Source: Takakia lepidozioides
Taxonomy: Eukaryota; Plantae; Bryophyta
Assembly (NCBI GenBank): GCA_030704615.1
Contig: CM060734.1
Coordinates: 26,722,001 to 26,786,000, forward strand
Length of the DNA: 64,000 nucleotides
Direction: 5' to 3'
Shown: one piece after another, positions 11,690-24,340 of the stretch
Numbering within the stretch: position 1 is the first letter of the stretch
Layout: each line of letters begins with the position of its first letter
Translations under genes and position numbers: made by a program
The notes under the pieces: model-generated
Told to the model about the DNA's origin: nothing
The model's database searches: none
Seen by the model: the letters and a program-made list of their open reading frames with translations, nothing else

Positions 11690-14600
11690 CCTTGGTGTCC
11701 AAGTAGGAGTAGAATTGATTGGGTCTTGGGTTGGGGTGCGGGATTGGGTTGTGGGAAGTGGGCTGGTGAGATAACAGGTAATCACTTTCAGGGCTTGGGA
11801 TGGCATATGGGTCAAATCTGGGCAAGGGGGGTGGGGTGACACAGATGATGGGAGGGGGCAGGGGGTAGGGATGAAATGGTGAGACAACGAGGGCCCTTGT
11901 GAGTGGTGGGTAGGCATATGATATGTAATTGCTGGAGAGATGGAATTCGGAAATGGGTAGAGGGCTCTGTGGGATGACAGGGCAGGGTGCCGCAAGAGTT
12001 CTGTGGTGAGAGATTGTGGTGTGACGAGTGTACTTATGCAGAACATATGTGCGTAATTGGTAGGGGTGTGGAAGTTTTTTGCAAATTATTTGAATGGACA
12101 TATGCGGGGCATATGTAACTGACTGAGTGGAATATAGAGGACCATTGTGTGAGAGAGCCCCATAGGGGGAAATGTGGGTGTGCTGTGCGGTAAGTGTTGT
12201 ATGGATAGCCTGCAATCAGGAAGTAAGGGTTAGAACGAGATGCAGTGTAGAGTGAGATCATATTGTATGTGCTAGAGAGGGGTATGGGCATTGTGGCAAG
12301 ATTATAGAGAGGGGGGTAGACTGTTAGGGTGGTGGCTATCATGAATGTGGCAGCCCCGGGGGGGGGGGGGAGTAGACTTGGAAGAGGGGCTGCTCAAAAG
12401 GGGTCTAGTGGAGTCTAGGCAGACAGGATTAAGGTTAGCTGGCTTGTGGGTAGCTGGGTGGGTGTTGGGTTGGACAGATAGTTGCTAAAGGGAAGCTGGA
12501 AAGCATGGTAGGAAGAAGGGGACCTGAGGTTGGGGCAGCAGATGTACAGGGGGGTGAGAAGAGACAGGCCGTGGCACTCACCTGTGTGGGGGGGGGGGGG
12601 GTGAATTGGGTGGAATGGGTAAGGGAGGTTACTGGCTGAGTACATAGGATGTACCTCTCCTGGTCAGCCTCAACCTGTCTGTATTGTTTGAAAGTATTCT
12701 CATTGCGACAGATTGTATCCTTTATAGAGTGAAGGAACCGGGGTTGAGCTGAGGCCATAGAGGATGGCAATGGCAGTGTTTTGGGGCAGTGGGGTAAGGT
12801 GGAATAGCAGAATGTTTTGGCAGCAGGAGAGGGTGAGATAGCTGGGGCATCTTTGGGCTCCTGGGTATGAATACAAGGCAGTACTGATCGGATGTGATAG
12901 GGTTGAGCAGGTGGTGATAGTGGGCAAGCCTAGGAGAGAGAATTGTTAGAGTAGGCAAGTGAATCAAGGGAAGAGAGAGATCTTCCCATAAGCCAAAGGG
13001 CTCACCAAGTTGTAAAAAGAGGTGGTGCTGACTATGAAGAACAGGAACATATATGGGACATATGTAATGTGTGGAGTGGAGATTTGGTACGCATCCTGTA
13101 AAAGAGAGAGGGGAGTTAGAACATGGGGCCTACAGTGAGGGCACTGTAAGGCCTATTATGGGAATATGCAAAGTGAGGCAACATGAAATTGGGAAGAGAG
13201 TAAAGGGCACATACTGGGAGAAAAAGCCAGCGGAATATAAATTGGGGAACCAAGTGTGGTGAGCAGGAGCAGGCCATAGATCAGAGGGCAGAGTTGTGGG
13301 GGGCAAGGTGACAAAGGAGGCAGCAAATTGGCAGGAGAGGAGAGGAGAGATAGGCTGGTATTGGTAGGTTGTTTTATGATGCTGGGTATTGTAAAGAGTA
13401 AGGGGGGGTGGCATGTCTGGGAGGTAATGAACTGTGGGGTACAAAAAGGCCAGGGGTAGAGGCTGATGCATGTCAGAGTTCTGGTGTTGTGGGAAAGTGA
13501 GTGGGGGTGGGGGCCTGATGGGAGCACCAAGCTGGTGAGGATGGATGGCTTGGCAAAGGGCGAGAATTGGCAGGGCTGAGATGGGGGATGGCTGGTACTC
13601 AGAAGCTGGACAGGGGGAAATGAACTGGGTATTGGGGCGAATTGAGGGACAGGTGTAGTATAAAGGAGATGGGGGAGGTGCCAGAGTGGCTGTGTAATCA
13701 AGCAGGGCGGGGCAGTGCAACTGTGGGAGGGAGAGAGTATAGGAAATGTGGCAATTGAGGGACTTATTTAATAGAATACTATGGTCGTGGGTGCAGTTTG
13801 CAGAGTCGGCAGACAGGAGCAGAGAGGCTGTATGTGTAACAAGGTGCCAATAGGGAAGCAACGCTGGTATTGAGAGTTTAGGCAGGCTGAGAAGGTTCAG
13901 TGTGCAGCAGTAGGGTGTGAAATAGGTGGTGTGGGGATCTGCAGTGGGAGTGGGGTGGATTATGGTAGGGCAGAAGGTCTTGGACGATGGCTGGGACCTA
14001 TATAGGGGGGGTTTTTGAGCAAAGGATCTGAGGTGTTGGGCGGATTTTGAGGGTGAGTCAGGCAAATAGGATCGAGCGCTTTGAGTACTGAGTAGAGTCT
14101 TTTAGTGGTGATATGTGTGGGCACTGTAGGGCATGAATTGAAGAGAACGCAAAGTAGGAAGTGTGGAAACGATTGTAATAAAGGAAGGAGAGGTATAAAT
14201 TATGAGTGAGGGATAAGTATGCTTCCTGATGGGGAATAGACATTGAGTTGCTGGTTGCTGGAGCCGGCAGATTGGCTGGGACTTTGGGGACCAAATGATG
14301 AGGCTTGCCTTCATGCCACAAGATAGGCAGCTGCCCTCCCTGTGGGCATACCGTAGTACATAAGATTCGCCAGGTCAGAGACGCCATTGCTTGAAAGTTG
14401 TGCACCGTACGGGAATGCTCGGTTTGTGCACCGGATGGGGGGTGGGGAAGAATCCGTCCGCCCAAAGTAGAGTGGAGCGTCGCTCTAGACATAATTGTAG
14501 AGTAACCATTCCATAGTTGATAGAGAGGAGGTGGGTGGTAGACCTTCCAATGCCAAAAAGGGGAACTTGAAAACGTCAGAGTAAGAATCGAGAAAGTAAA

Positions 14601-17379
14601 CATAACATGGATAAGCGTATACACCGTCAGGTGGCCTTCGAAGCTGCTGGTGTAGTGAGCTTTGAGTTGACGGGTGGAATGAGCATCCTGGGGCTGGATG
14701 CGGTGGGCCCGGCGAGAGAGGAGGTACCAAGCCGTCGCAGAACAACTCTTTGCAGCAGATCCACTAACTTACCCCTAGCTAGGTGTTTAGCACCGTCTCC
14801 CGCCATAGCTCGTCCAACGGCCCTTAGCTGTGCCCTGCAGCCTCGCAACACCCCGGCTTTGCTCTACCTCGTTCATAAGACTCGCCTCTTCTCTACGCGT
14901 CTTTTAAGCTATCTCTTGCTAATCTTTTTAGCGATCTCGCCCTTGAGGAAAGTAGGAAAATGGTGAAACCCTATGGATTTAGTCATGACTAAGATATTTA
15001 GTAGAGACTGGCGCCTTCCCCCAGGAGCTGGTCTATTTGATGGGCATATACTTGGTGTAAGCTATGATTGGCGTGTACAAGATTTTTCCAGGGCGATGCC
15101 CATATCCTTGAAACACTTACGCGCCCTGTAAAGGGCTTGTTCCTTGGGTATATCAGTGTCCCTGTCAAAACGAATCGTAATGTGTGGTGGTGAAGTGGGA
15201 AGGCCCGAGTTGGGATCCACTTGCGTACCTTTAGGAAGTTGTGTCAGCGGGTAAAATTGCCCTTCATCCGGTCGCACTGCTAGAAAAAATAGCTGAGGAA
15301 CATGGGGGAATGCATTTGGAGTGTACCTCATTTCATTATTTTCCGAGGGGCGGAGGCCCAGACGTTGGAGCTTGAATGGGGAGCGGTCTTCTTCTATGAG
15401 GGGTAGAGCCTTGTCGATCGCTACCTGTTCCAACACCGCATAGCCCATCCAGAGTGCCAGAAGAGTTGGGAGAGTCTCCGAGTAGGAGCTGGTCCTATAT
15501 GTTGGTTCCTCTGGATTTTTTGGGGTCGGAATGGTTGTTGTCCGCCTCACTGTCAAATTCGTTGGAGTTGCGTTTGGCGCGTGGTTGGAGTGTCATCTGC
15601 TCCGTTGGTGAAGTAAGAGTAGTTGGTTGTGGGGCCTGTTGTTGCCCAGGTGCTTTTAATGGTGAGAGGTCGCCATGCCGCCATGCGATAGCTTGTTGAT
15701 GGTATGTGATGGGCTCTATGCAGAGCTGGTGTGGGCCTTGGTGGACTTTGGTGGGCTATGTGCCGAGCTGGTGTGATAGGCATCGTCGTTTGCAAAGAAT
15801 TGTTCGTCCGAAGGATGCATGTCGCTGGCATCCATATCTCCTTCTTGTTGATATTCCATGCCGTCTTCGCCTTCCATATTGTGTGCCTGTGCTTGGACCT
15901 GTGTGGCAGATCTAGGGGTAGATTGAGAGCGAGTATGTGGTTTTTTGCTACGGGTTTCGATGTTAGATTTGGAGCGGGGTTGTTTTTGAATGCTACCCGC
16001 TCCCTTCTGAGTGCTACCTAACCTTGAACTAGACATGCAAGTGGGATGGGCAGTCGTGTTGGGCAGTAAAGGTAAGGCAAATAGACGGAGAAGAACTCTC
16101 TGGGGGGTTGGGTTGGGGCAGGAAGTGGAAGGCTGGGGATACGCGTGGGTGTTGCAGGCGAGGAGCAGAGAGAGGGGGGGGGGGCTATGAGCAGCGAAGG
16201 GTGACTGCGAGCAATATATAGGGGGGGGGCCAGGGTGGTGGCTCTGTATCTGGCGGCGGTGGCAGTATAACGAATTCATAGTGACCGTTATCCCATTATG
16301 CTTTGGGGGCGGTTGTATAATTCTGGGTTGTGATGGGGTCTTATGGTGAGGGCTTTGGTTTTGTGGGGGTAGTGATGGCTCGGCAGAATGCAACGGGGAT
16401 TTATGTACTGAATGTGTGAGCTGTAGACGAGGTGACTTAATGGTAGTAGACAGAGGGCATGAATGTGGGTGGGAGGGGTGGGTGTGTGGGTGGGAGAAGC
16501 TATGCCTATGGGCTGAATTTGGTGTTAGGCGTGGTCTGATGTTATGTAGTAAGAGGGCGTATGGCTGTTGCAGAGAGACAAGACGAATGCGTGTACTGAC
16601 ATGGGTTTTATTGGCATGAGTGAGAGAGAACGGCGTGTTATGGGGAGGTTTAAGGAGTCCCCAACTATGAATCTGGGTAATTGATACTTGGCGGAAGGTG
16701 GCAGGTGGGTTTGATTGCTTGTGTTTTGTTCCTGGTACATTTGTTATAGAGTAAGGTGTGGCATTTGAGGTGGTGCAAGAGGTTATGTGGGGGAGGGCTG
16801 ACTGGGCTTTGATTTGGGTTTGTGGTGGCTGCGGGCCCAGGCATATGTGGCATTGGGGGCTGCGGAGCCAGCATGCTCGGTGAAGGGACGGCGAGGCTGT
16901 CGAGTTGGGAGGGTGTCCTGATTGGTGGCATCGATGAGGGAGATGAGGGGTTGGATTAGACCATGTGGGTTATGCAAGTATGACGCCTCCCAAAGGGAGC
17001 GTAACTTATGGTGTCACTTCACCACAAGGGCTACTGCCTTCCAGCTGAAAGGTGGACACCGTCATGACACACCAGACCGTGGTTTGAACCCACAACCACA
17101 TCCAATGTGGTATGTGCCCATTACCACTAGGCTACATGCTAGTTGTCGTGGGTTATGCATTTTAGGGTGGGAGGTGGTAGAGGATATTGAGAAGTTGAAA
17201 ATGAAATTGTAGATGGTATTGGCTATGTCTGGTGCTTCATGAGCCGACAGGTGGGCACCGATTCGGATTATGGTAAGATTGATTGAGTTTATTGAATTAT
17301 CACATGACCACCCTAGAATTTGTGGTGGAGATGGATATATGTTTGGGTATGGTTTTGGGGTTAGCATTAAATTGTAGGT
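11690..17379 (-). mobile_element. Decayed 5' portion of a LINE of the same family, including ORF1 copy 2 N-terminus (15050-15830)
   Basis: ORF 15062-15556 (FPHVPQ..RPDEGQFYPLTQLPKGTQVDPNSGLP..ITIRFD) aligns with ORF 17283-17972; strongly C-rich sense strand; boundaries approximate. Confidence 0.6.
16977..17147 (-). mobile_element. tRNA-derived SINE copy 1 (~171 bp) with 12-bp TSD
   Basis: A box TAGCCTAGTGG (17134-17124), B box GGTTCAAACC (17090-17081); GTGGGTTATGCA duplicated at 16965-16976 and 17148-17159; homolog at 38284-38456. Confidence 0.85.
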
Positions 17380-17409
<30 letters not shown>

Positions 17410-17410
<1 letters not shown>

Positions 17411-18979
17411 TGTGCGCAATCACCTGCAAGACACCCAAGAGCTACTGAACCAAGAAATCAGCAGCGAAAAGAAAGCCCTCCACCTTTGGTACGACTTCCT
17501 GAATATGGAGATCTACGCTTATGAAAACAACAGGCCTACTATTATTGAGCACCGAACTTTGGAGGAGCTCCTACTGCTGGGCATCCCTCCCAGAGAATGT
17601 GACGAATTGTTACACTGCAAGAAATCCTTCCCACGGGTGCCGCAGAGGCTCTATCCTGCCACCCGCCCCGATGGCCAAAGTGGTCAGTTTCTACAGCTCA
17701 TGCAACTGCCAAGCGGCACCACGGTCGATCCTACCACAGGGCTACCAGCCCACCCCTATCATGTGATGATAAGATTCGACACCGAGGCTGAGCTCCCACG
17801 ATCGCTCGTTCTCACCCGGGCAACTCAACGCTTCTCAGACATGGACATAAAGCTGGGTAATGTCCTCTACTCCCCTATTTCTGTCTATTCCAAGCCCGCC
17901 ACACAGATTTGGTCTGGGCTTCTAAAGGTCGAACTGATGCATCCCAAAACAGATGGTCTGGCCCTGCTCTGAGGCGACAGAGCCTTTGTTCTGGAAACAG
18001 AACCTGGAGTCAAACTACAAGGAAAAGTAGAGAAGTCATTCGATCTCAATGCATCCTCAGACAGGATGTCGTTGTACTTTACTGACGATACTCTACAAGG
18101 CACAGTGGGTTCTTAGGTGGCTATGCACTTCATAACCGAGACCTTTGACCACGGTGATAATTTTGAGATCCTCCACGTGACCAAGCCCAATCCCGACTCA
18201 TCTTTTGGCTTCATCAATTTGGCAACGGAAGACACCCGGACCAGAATATGAAGCTAGGGATTCGCATTGATAACGTGCTCATCAAGCCACGCATCAGGAT
18301 AAAAAAGCAAGGCAAAGCGGGAACCCGTGGAGCCAACGCAGATACCATGGCCGAGCGTAATGCGCTCACCATAGTGGCGAAGAATCTAAGCACGATGCAC
18401 CCGCAGCAATCCATTCTTGCCGAGCTCCACAATCTTTTCGGCCCTGGTAACATCACTCACACTCATTTTTGCAGTTACATTGCTTTCTCGGAGACGTCCA
18501 AGCATTTGGGCATGCTTCATATTACCTGTAAGAACCCTACAATCTACACTAAGTGGTGTAGCAAGCCAGACTTTGAACTCCATGGCAAGTTCATTACGGT
18601 CACCCCCCCCCACAACAGTATCAATGGAATCACACCGCCGGATCAGGAGCTGCTCGACAAGCTGAAGGTTTCTAATATTTACCAGGCTCTGTTTGACACT
18701 GTTGAGTCAATCTCTATCCAACCCGCTCCCAGGCAGGTAGTGGGCCACGTCGAGTGGATGCAAGAAATCAACAAGAAGCTTGAGGCTCACTCCATCTCCA
18801 TCAGAACCGACCTACGTAACAACATCAATGATATGGAGCACAGGCTATCTGCATCAGTCAACAACCAACAACTTGCCTATCATGAGTACATGATATCTCT
18901 GCATAAATCCATAATGGATAACCTCGGCCATAATCTGGCGAATTTTTATCATCGTGCGGATCTCGTCCTTGCTAATCTC
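17410..18979 (+). pseudogene. LINE ORF1-like protein, copy 3 (most complete)
   Basis: ORFs 17283-17972 and 18248-19051 plus intervening GKVEKSFDL / FEILHVTKPNPDSSFGFINLATED; in-frame TGA/TAG stops and a frameshift. Confidence 0.75.
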
Positions 18980-21424
18980 GGCTTCCAACTCTGTATGAAG
19001 CAACTTCACTTCATGCAATTTGCCTTCATGCTTCACCTGCAACTGGTATAGTTGTTGCTTATGTACTTCATGCAACTTCTCCTGCTCCAGACCTGCTTCA
19101 ATCAAGTTTTCTTTCGCAAGTTGTAGAGCAGATTGAGTGTCCTCCAACTCTTTCTGCAACTTAAGGTTAGCCTCCACATCCACCTTATTTGCACACTCAG
19201 TGGAAATTCTTGCCTCAAACTCTTGCTTCAAACTCTTGCTTGAGCTCCTCCCTCAATGCTGCCAATGTGTGGAAGGAACATGGGACTTCACATAGGTGCC
19301 CAACAAATTAAGTGTCCTGCTTATGGACCTCATAAGCATGGCCTGCTATGGATCTTCATGGAGAACTTGCTGCTGTTCTCCCTGATCCTCCACAGTTTGA
19401 TGTTTCACAAACCAGTCAGGCCATGATCCCACAGTATCTTCTTCCTGAGCAACCTCATCCTCCACAGGTGCTGCAGTTCCTTTGCACTCTACCCCTTTAA
19501 CCTCCGCCATAGGTTTGGGCATAACTTGCACAACAGGGATTCCCTTGGTCAGACTCTGCATCTTTGGTACTATTGGTTCTCCGACCATGCTAGAGTTTTC
19601 ATAGAGAATGTCACCCTTCTCAATTTCCGCCATTACTTGCTCTGTAGTGGGAATGTCCAACCCCTCTCCCTCCACAGTAAGAGGCTCCGGTGTGACAACA
19701 TGTACAATCTGAGTTACCCCTGGGGCAACCGGGTCAACTTGCTGTGATGGCTGTGGTACTGAGGTGACTTCTTCCTCCCTTGCCGAAGGCCGTGCTTCCA
19801 GTAACAACATCCCCCTGTGCTGTTGCTCCTCATCCTGCACAGGAGCTATGGAAACATCATCCTGTGGATTTCTTGTGGCCAGGGGATCCGCCACTATAGT
19901 TGCGTCCCTCTTCTGTCTCTTGGAATGGCGCTGCCCCTCCAATCCCTCTTCACCTTGTGAAGAGCCCTGCTCCTCAACTGCAGTTGTGGCTGTCTCAAAC
20001 ACCCCCATTAGTTTGCATTCTCGCGCATCAAGCAAGCAAAAATAAAAAATAATTTGTGCAATAATTGGGCCAGACACAATGATCGGGGACTTGGCAGTAG
20101 TATTTTGTAACCGTTTCATCTCCTCCACCAGACCACTGTACATCATCTCCGCCCAGGCTACATCGTCCCCTCTCAAAGCTTTCAATACCTCCTCCGTGAA
20201 AGATCTGTTAAGATACTGTTGGTTTTGTTTCATGGCAAACAAAATGTTCAGTATTTGGCCAATTTTCCTCAACCCTGGATACTCGGCCTTGGTGCAGGTG
20301 AATCCCTGGTTCCTAAAGAAACTCATTTCTTGGAACAGATCCCCTATTTGCAATCTTGCCCTATGCTCATCCACGTTCACATGACCAGATGGTAATTCAA
20401 ATAGTTGTTGCAAGTACTGTGGAGTAACCTCTATATCTACGCCCTTCACCTAGATAACTCCTGTCTGAGGCTCGAAGTTCTGGATGAATTGGATCATCAA
20501 CCCCCGATGATGCAAAGACCACTCTTTACGTAGCAACCCCTCCAATCGCAGCTCCTTCAGCAGCTGCACTGCCTGTGGTGTAGCGATTGTCTGCTTCTGT
20601 AGAATCGTCGTGCTCTTCACCCTGAGATCCTCCATCCCTCTAATTCTCTTCATCCCGGACAAACAAGAAGGCCTTGTTTGGAATAACTGTAGGAAAGCTT
20701 GCAGGGCGTAAAGCATGAAAATATGGTTGGCACAGAATGGAACAGGCAAGTGAGTGTAAGCCTGTGGGGCTTGCAAATAGTGAGTGAGAGAGAATGTACT
20801 TTCAACCCGTCCGTCCTTGCGCCACTGCGTAAGAAGTAGAGCTAGCGTATAGTCTGTGATATCCACCATAGCTACAAAGCTATAGCTTTGATTGCCCCTC
20901 CCGTCGAGACGCTGGTTATCCGGAGCGACCCCTACTCTTCCGCTCATAACTTTTTTAATTTCTTGTTCTTGTTTCTTGAATGGAACCACTTGCATAAAAT
21001 TCACGTTGCTGATTGGCCGTTGCCTCATTGGGTAACTTCTCAATTTTACCCTTATCTGTTCACATTCCAACTTGGAATGCCCACTAGGATTGCATATGTG
21101 GCAAAGGTCCCCCTTTGCCGGACGCGTAAAGGGTTTTGTTACTTGTCCTCTGGACGCATTAATGGGCCCGTAATTAGTTTCGGCTGATGTACCGGTTTGG
21201 TACTTTGACGGCCCTGTTTGTCTTCTTGCACGATGGTGCCCACTATTGCAGTATATGCAATGCGGAGTGCTTTGCCCCTTAGGCCACGTGTTTGAATTCA
21301 AACTCTCTCCCGTCTCCCTCTGTCCGTGTGGCACATTCTCCGAGTTTGACTTCCAAACTGCCTTTACACTCACCGGCCACTTTTCTGACGTTAACCCGCG
21401 TCCACCTGTCACTGACCCTATGGA
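18980..21424 (-). mobile_element. LTR-less internal fragment of the Ty3/gypsy additional-ORF region (paralog of ~5500-7870)
   Basis: Colinear nucleotide and protein similarity to 5500-7870; CHICNPSGHSKLEC knuckle; LMIQFIQNFEPQTGV.*VKGVDIEVTPQYLQQLF. Confidence 0.9.
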
Positions 21425-21530
21425 CTACATTATACCCCAAACACTCACAACCCACCCTAACAACAATTGGAGATCCGACCCTCGTATCACCTGCTTAAAC
21501 ACCTTGGCACCCTGTCACGCGCTTGTGCCA
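21425..21530 (+). mobile_element. Short LINE ORF2 fragment
   Basis: PNNNWRSDPRITCLNTLAPCHALVP matches PYNNWRSDPRISSLNNIPACRTLMP in ORF 27548-29329. Confidence 0.75.
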
Positions 21531-21892
21531 TACCTAATTGGTGTATGGTTAGAAATTATGGACTTTGGAACAAGTCCATAAGGATTTGTTATAGTCCATA
21601 AAAAAAGCCGTTATGGACTTTTTTTAGAGCATGATTAATAGAAAATTAGAAAAAGGGACTTGACCAAATGTGCTTTGAGGGATAAAGAATCTAGAAAGAA
21701 AACATCCACTCAAAATTATTGAGTAATATAAACTTTATGTACTATTTTGAGCCTTCACAATAGCTATTTTCGTAAAGTCCTTTACATATAGAATTCTTTG
21801 AAATATCAACACTACCTCATTCAATACATAGACCAAGGGTAAACCCCCGGGGTGGATCAAGGTCAAATTTGAAAAAAACTATCGTGATCTGA

Positions 21893-23100
21893 CACTAGAA
21901 GAAAAACGCGGAATAACCACTGGCCCTTTAACCACTACTGTCTTTTCCCACTCTATAAACCACTAGTAACCACTTGCCAGTGGTTACTCCCGATGAAATG
22001 CCACGGTGGCATCACAGATAGTGGTTGGAAGTGGTTTCAACCACTCAGTAGTCCATGTGTAATAATTTGTTTCTATTTTTTATTTTTTATTTGGTGACAT
22101 ATTTTAATTAATAAATATAATATTCCACGTGGACGAGTACAGTGGTACATTGTGAGTGGTTATAGACACCTCAGTGATGGGAAGTGGTTGAAACCACTTG
22201 CTACTCCACGTGTAATAATTCAAAATTTTATTTATGATTTATGATTTGGAAATCTATTTTAATTAACAAATATAATATTCCATGTGGACGGGGACAGTGC
22301 ACGTTGATCTTGAGTGGTTAAAGACACCTCATTGATTTGTACCACTTTGACAGTGGTGGAGAGTGGGTGGTGAAAGACACTGCAGTAATTGGAACCACTA
22401 TTCTAGTGGTCGCTCATGAGTGGTTGCTTAAACAACAGTGATTGGTACCACTTTTGTGGTGATACATTAAAAACTTTAAGTGGTTTGTGCACCTGTGACA
22501 GACTTTGAAAAACAGACAAGTGTCCAGACCATTGTAGGATGATGCTATTGAACAAATGGTTCCAACAATAAGCTTTATTCTGAATCTGAAACATATTCGT
22601 CACCCTCTGAATCATTTTCCTCAACTGGAATAGCGGTTGGTTATACAAATGCCGCTTAAATGCAGGTAGCCAACATAGCCAGGTCTTCAGTCTCTCATGT
22701 TAGTTCTAGAATGTTAGGTGGTTAAAGACACCTCAGTGATTCGTACCACTTGGACAGTGGTACATAGTGAGTGGTTAAATACACCGCAGTGATTGGTATC
22801 ACTTGGACGGTGGTAGATTGTGAGTGGTTAAAGACATCTCAGTGATTGGTACCACTATTGTGGTGATACATGAAAATGTTTAAGTGGTTTGTGCACCTGT
22901 AGCATACTTAAAAAAACATACAAGTGTCCAAATCATTGTAGGATGATGCTATTGAACAGATGGTTCCAAACAATCAACTTTATTCTGAATCTGAATCACA
23001 ATATTCATTATCTGAAGCACTTTCCTCAACTGGAACAATGTTTGGTCATACAAAACTAGCTTGAAATATGGTAGCCAACATAGCCAACTCTTCTCCACTT
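21893..23100 (+). mobile_element. CACTA (EnSpm)-type transposon end with subterminal repeats; other end not found
   Basis: Starts CACTAGAAGAAAAAC at 21893, followed by many direct and inverted accact/agtggt repeats and larger duplications (e.g. 22430-22680 vs 22830-23090). Confidence 0.6.
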
Positions 23101-23699
23101 AGAGACGTGGCACCATCTAATGACCTAGGTATGGGCTGATCTGATAAGGTAGAGGGTGCCCATAGACCATCAAAATTTGCATTTTCTCCAATGTCCAAAC
23201 TTCAACGATGAATTTTAGAATGAAAATAAATTAAGCCAGTTCCAAAAATACAAAATTTCCAAATAATTGAACTCATTACAAGGCTTGAAAATAGTTGTTT
23301 ACATTTCATTCAAAAAAATTATATGTCACATCTAGTAGATAAGCCTGATAATTTGTGAGCTGTAGCTCCTAGGTGTTTCTTTGTATATTTATTTAAAAAA
23401 AAAAGATAATCTAATATACTTGGAAAAATCTATAGACTTTTTGCAAGAGCCCAAAAATGAGGTGTAGGTGGGTAGTAGAGAGAGAGAGAGAGAAGACTCC
23501 GGCTGGGGCCGGCGTAACTAAGAGCCACTTCGCCTCACGGCTACTGCCCCCTTTCGAGGGTGGGCCCTATAAATAACGCGGTGTCCAGGGGACACCAGTA
23601 ACCTAGGGATAGAGGTATGTGAGGTGCGCAGGGTACCCCGGGACCCCGCATATACAGGGAGCCGTGGGAGTTTAGGGTGCCATGGGGGGATTGGATTAG

Positions 23700-24340
23700 T
23701 TGTCTCTTGTTCGTAATGATAGCTGCAAAGTATCGAAGGGCCGTGAGATGTATGGCCTTAAAACATTTATGGATATGAGATGTCGGGAGGTGGAAGTTGT
23801 CGTGTAAGGCAGCTATGCTGGCGTTGTGGATACCGCCTCGAGTGCCGGCCGAGATAACAGATAGGGGGCTTGTATTCCAACCCCTTCGACGGAGGGCAAG
23901 GATGAGAGGTGCGTACTTTTGTCGTTTCTCTAGAATTGAGGAAGCGGGGTACCGATCGTGACAAAATGTGAATTCGATAAAGTATATAGTGATATGTGGG
24001 GATGGGGAGGTAGGTGGTGGTTTGTTAATGTGTAGTCCATGAACAAGCAGTTAGGGCATAGTCTAGCAGGGCAGGTGCAGGGGGGGCCTCTACATGTGCA
24101 AGGGAGTAGCCACAGGGGGACAGTGTGGTCTGGGGGTTTGCCTTGGTAGGTGCCAACATTAATTAGTGAGAACCAGCGGGTTTCGGATCTCTGCATGAGG
24201 AGCTTGTGTATGTGCCAGACCGCGTGGTTATGGCGAGTTATATGAAGACCATGAATAACCGGGTGGGTGCATTGACTGAGGAGGTGCGGCCAGGTGTCAC
24301 GAACCTGATGGGTGTGTAAATATAGAGGGCAGTATGGTGA
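23700..24340 (-). other. CCHC-type zinc finger and restriction-like endonuclease (RLE) of LINE ORF2
   Basis: CPL..DTWPHLLSQC..ITRHNHAV; then RLCPN / LVHGL..IYFIEFTFCHDRY..EKRQKYAPLILALRRRGW..ISAGTRGGI (frameshift near 24048). Confidence 0.8.

Noticed and set aside
11409-14065. Long Pro/His/Leu/Ser-rich ORFs as host genes or a Josephin-like protease of Dualen type
   Set aside because: No recognisable motifs; length is explained by the C-rich strand bias of the LINE
17070-17147. Functional tRNA genes (also 38380-38456 and 62580-62650)
   Set aside because: A/B boxes are present but no convincing cloverleaf; the first two are TSD-flanked with LINE-like tails, so they are SINE heads
23494-23568. 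Canonical hammerhead ribozyme in the LINE/SINE tail
   Set aside because: Three-stem topology is similar but the CUGANGA and GAAA core is absent (CAGUA / GAAG instead)
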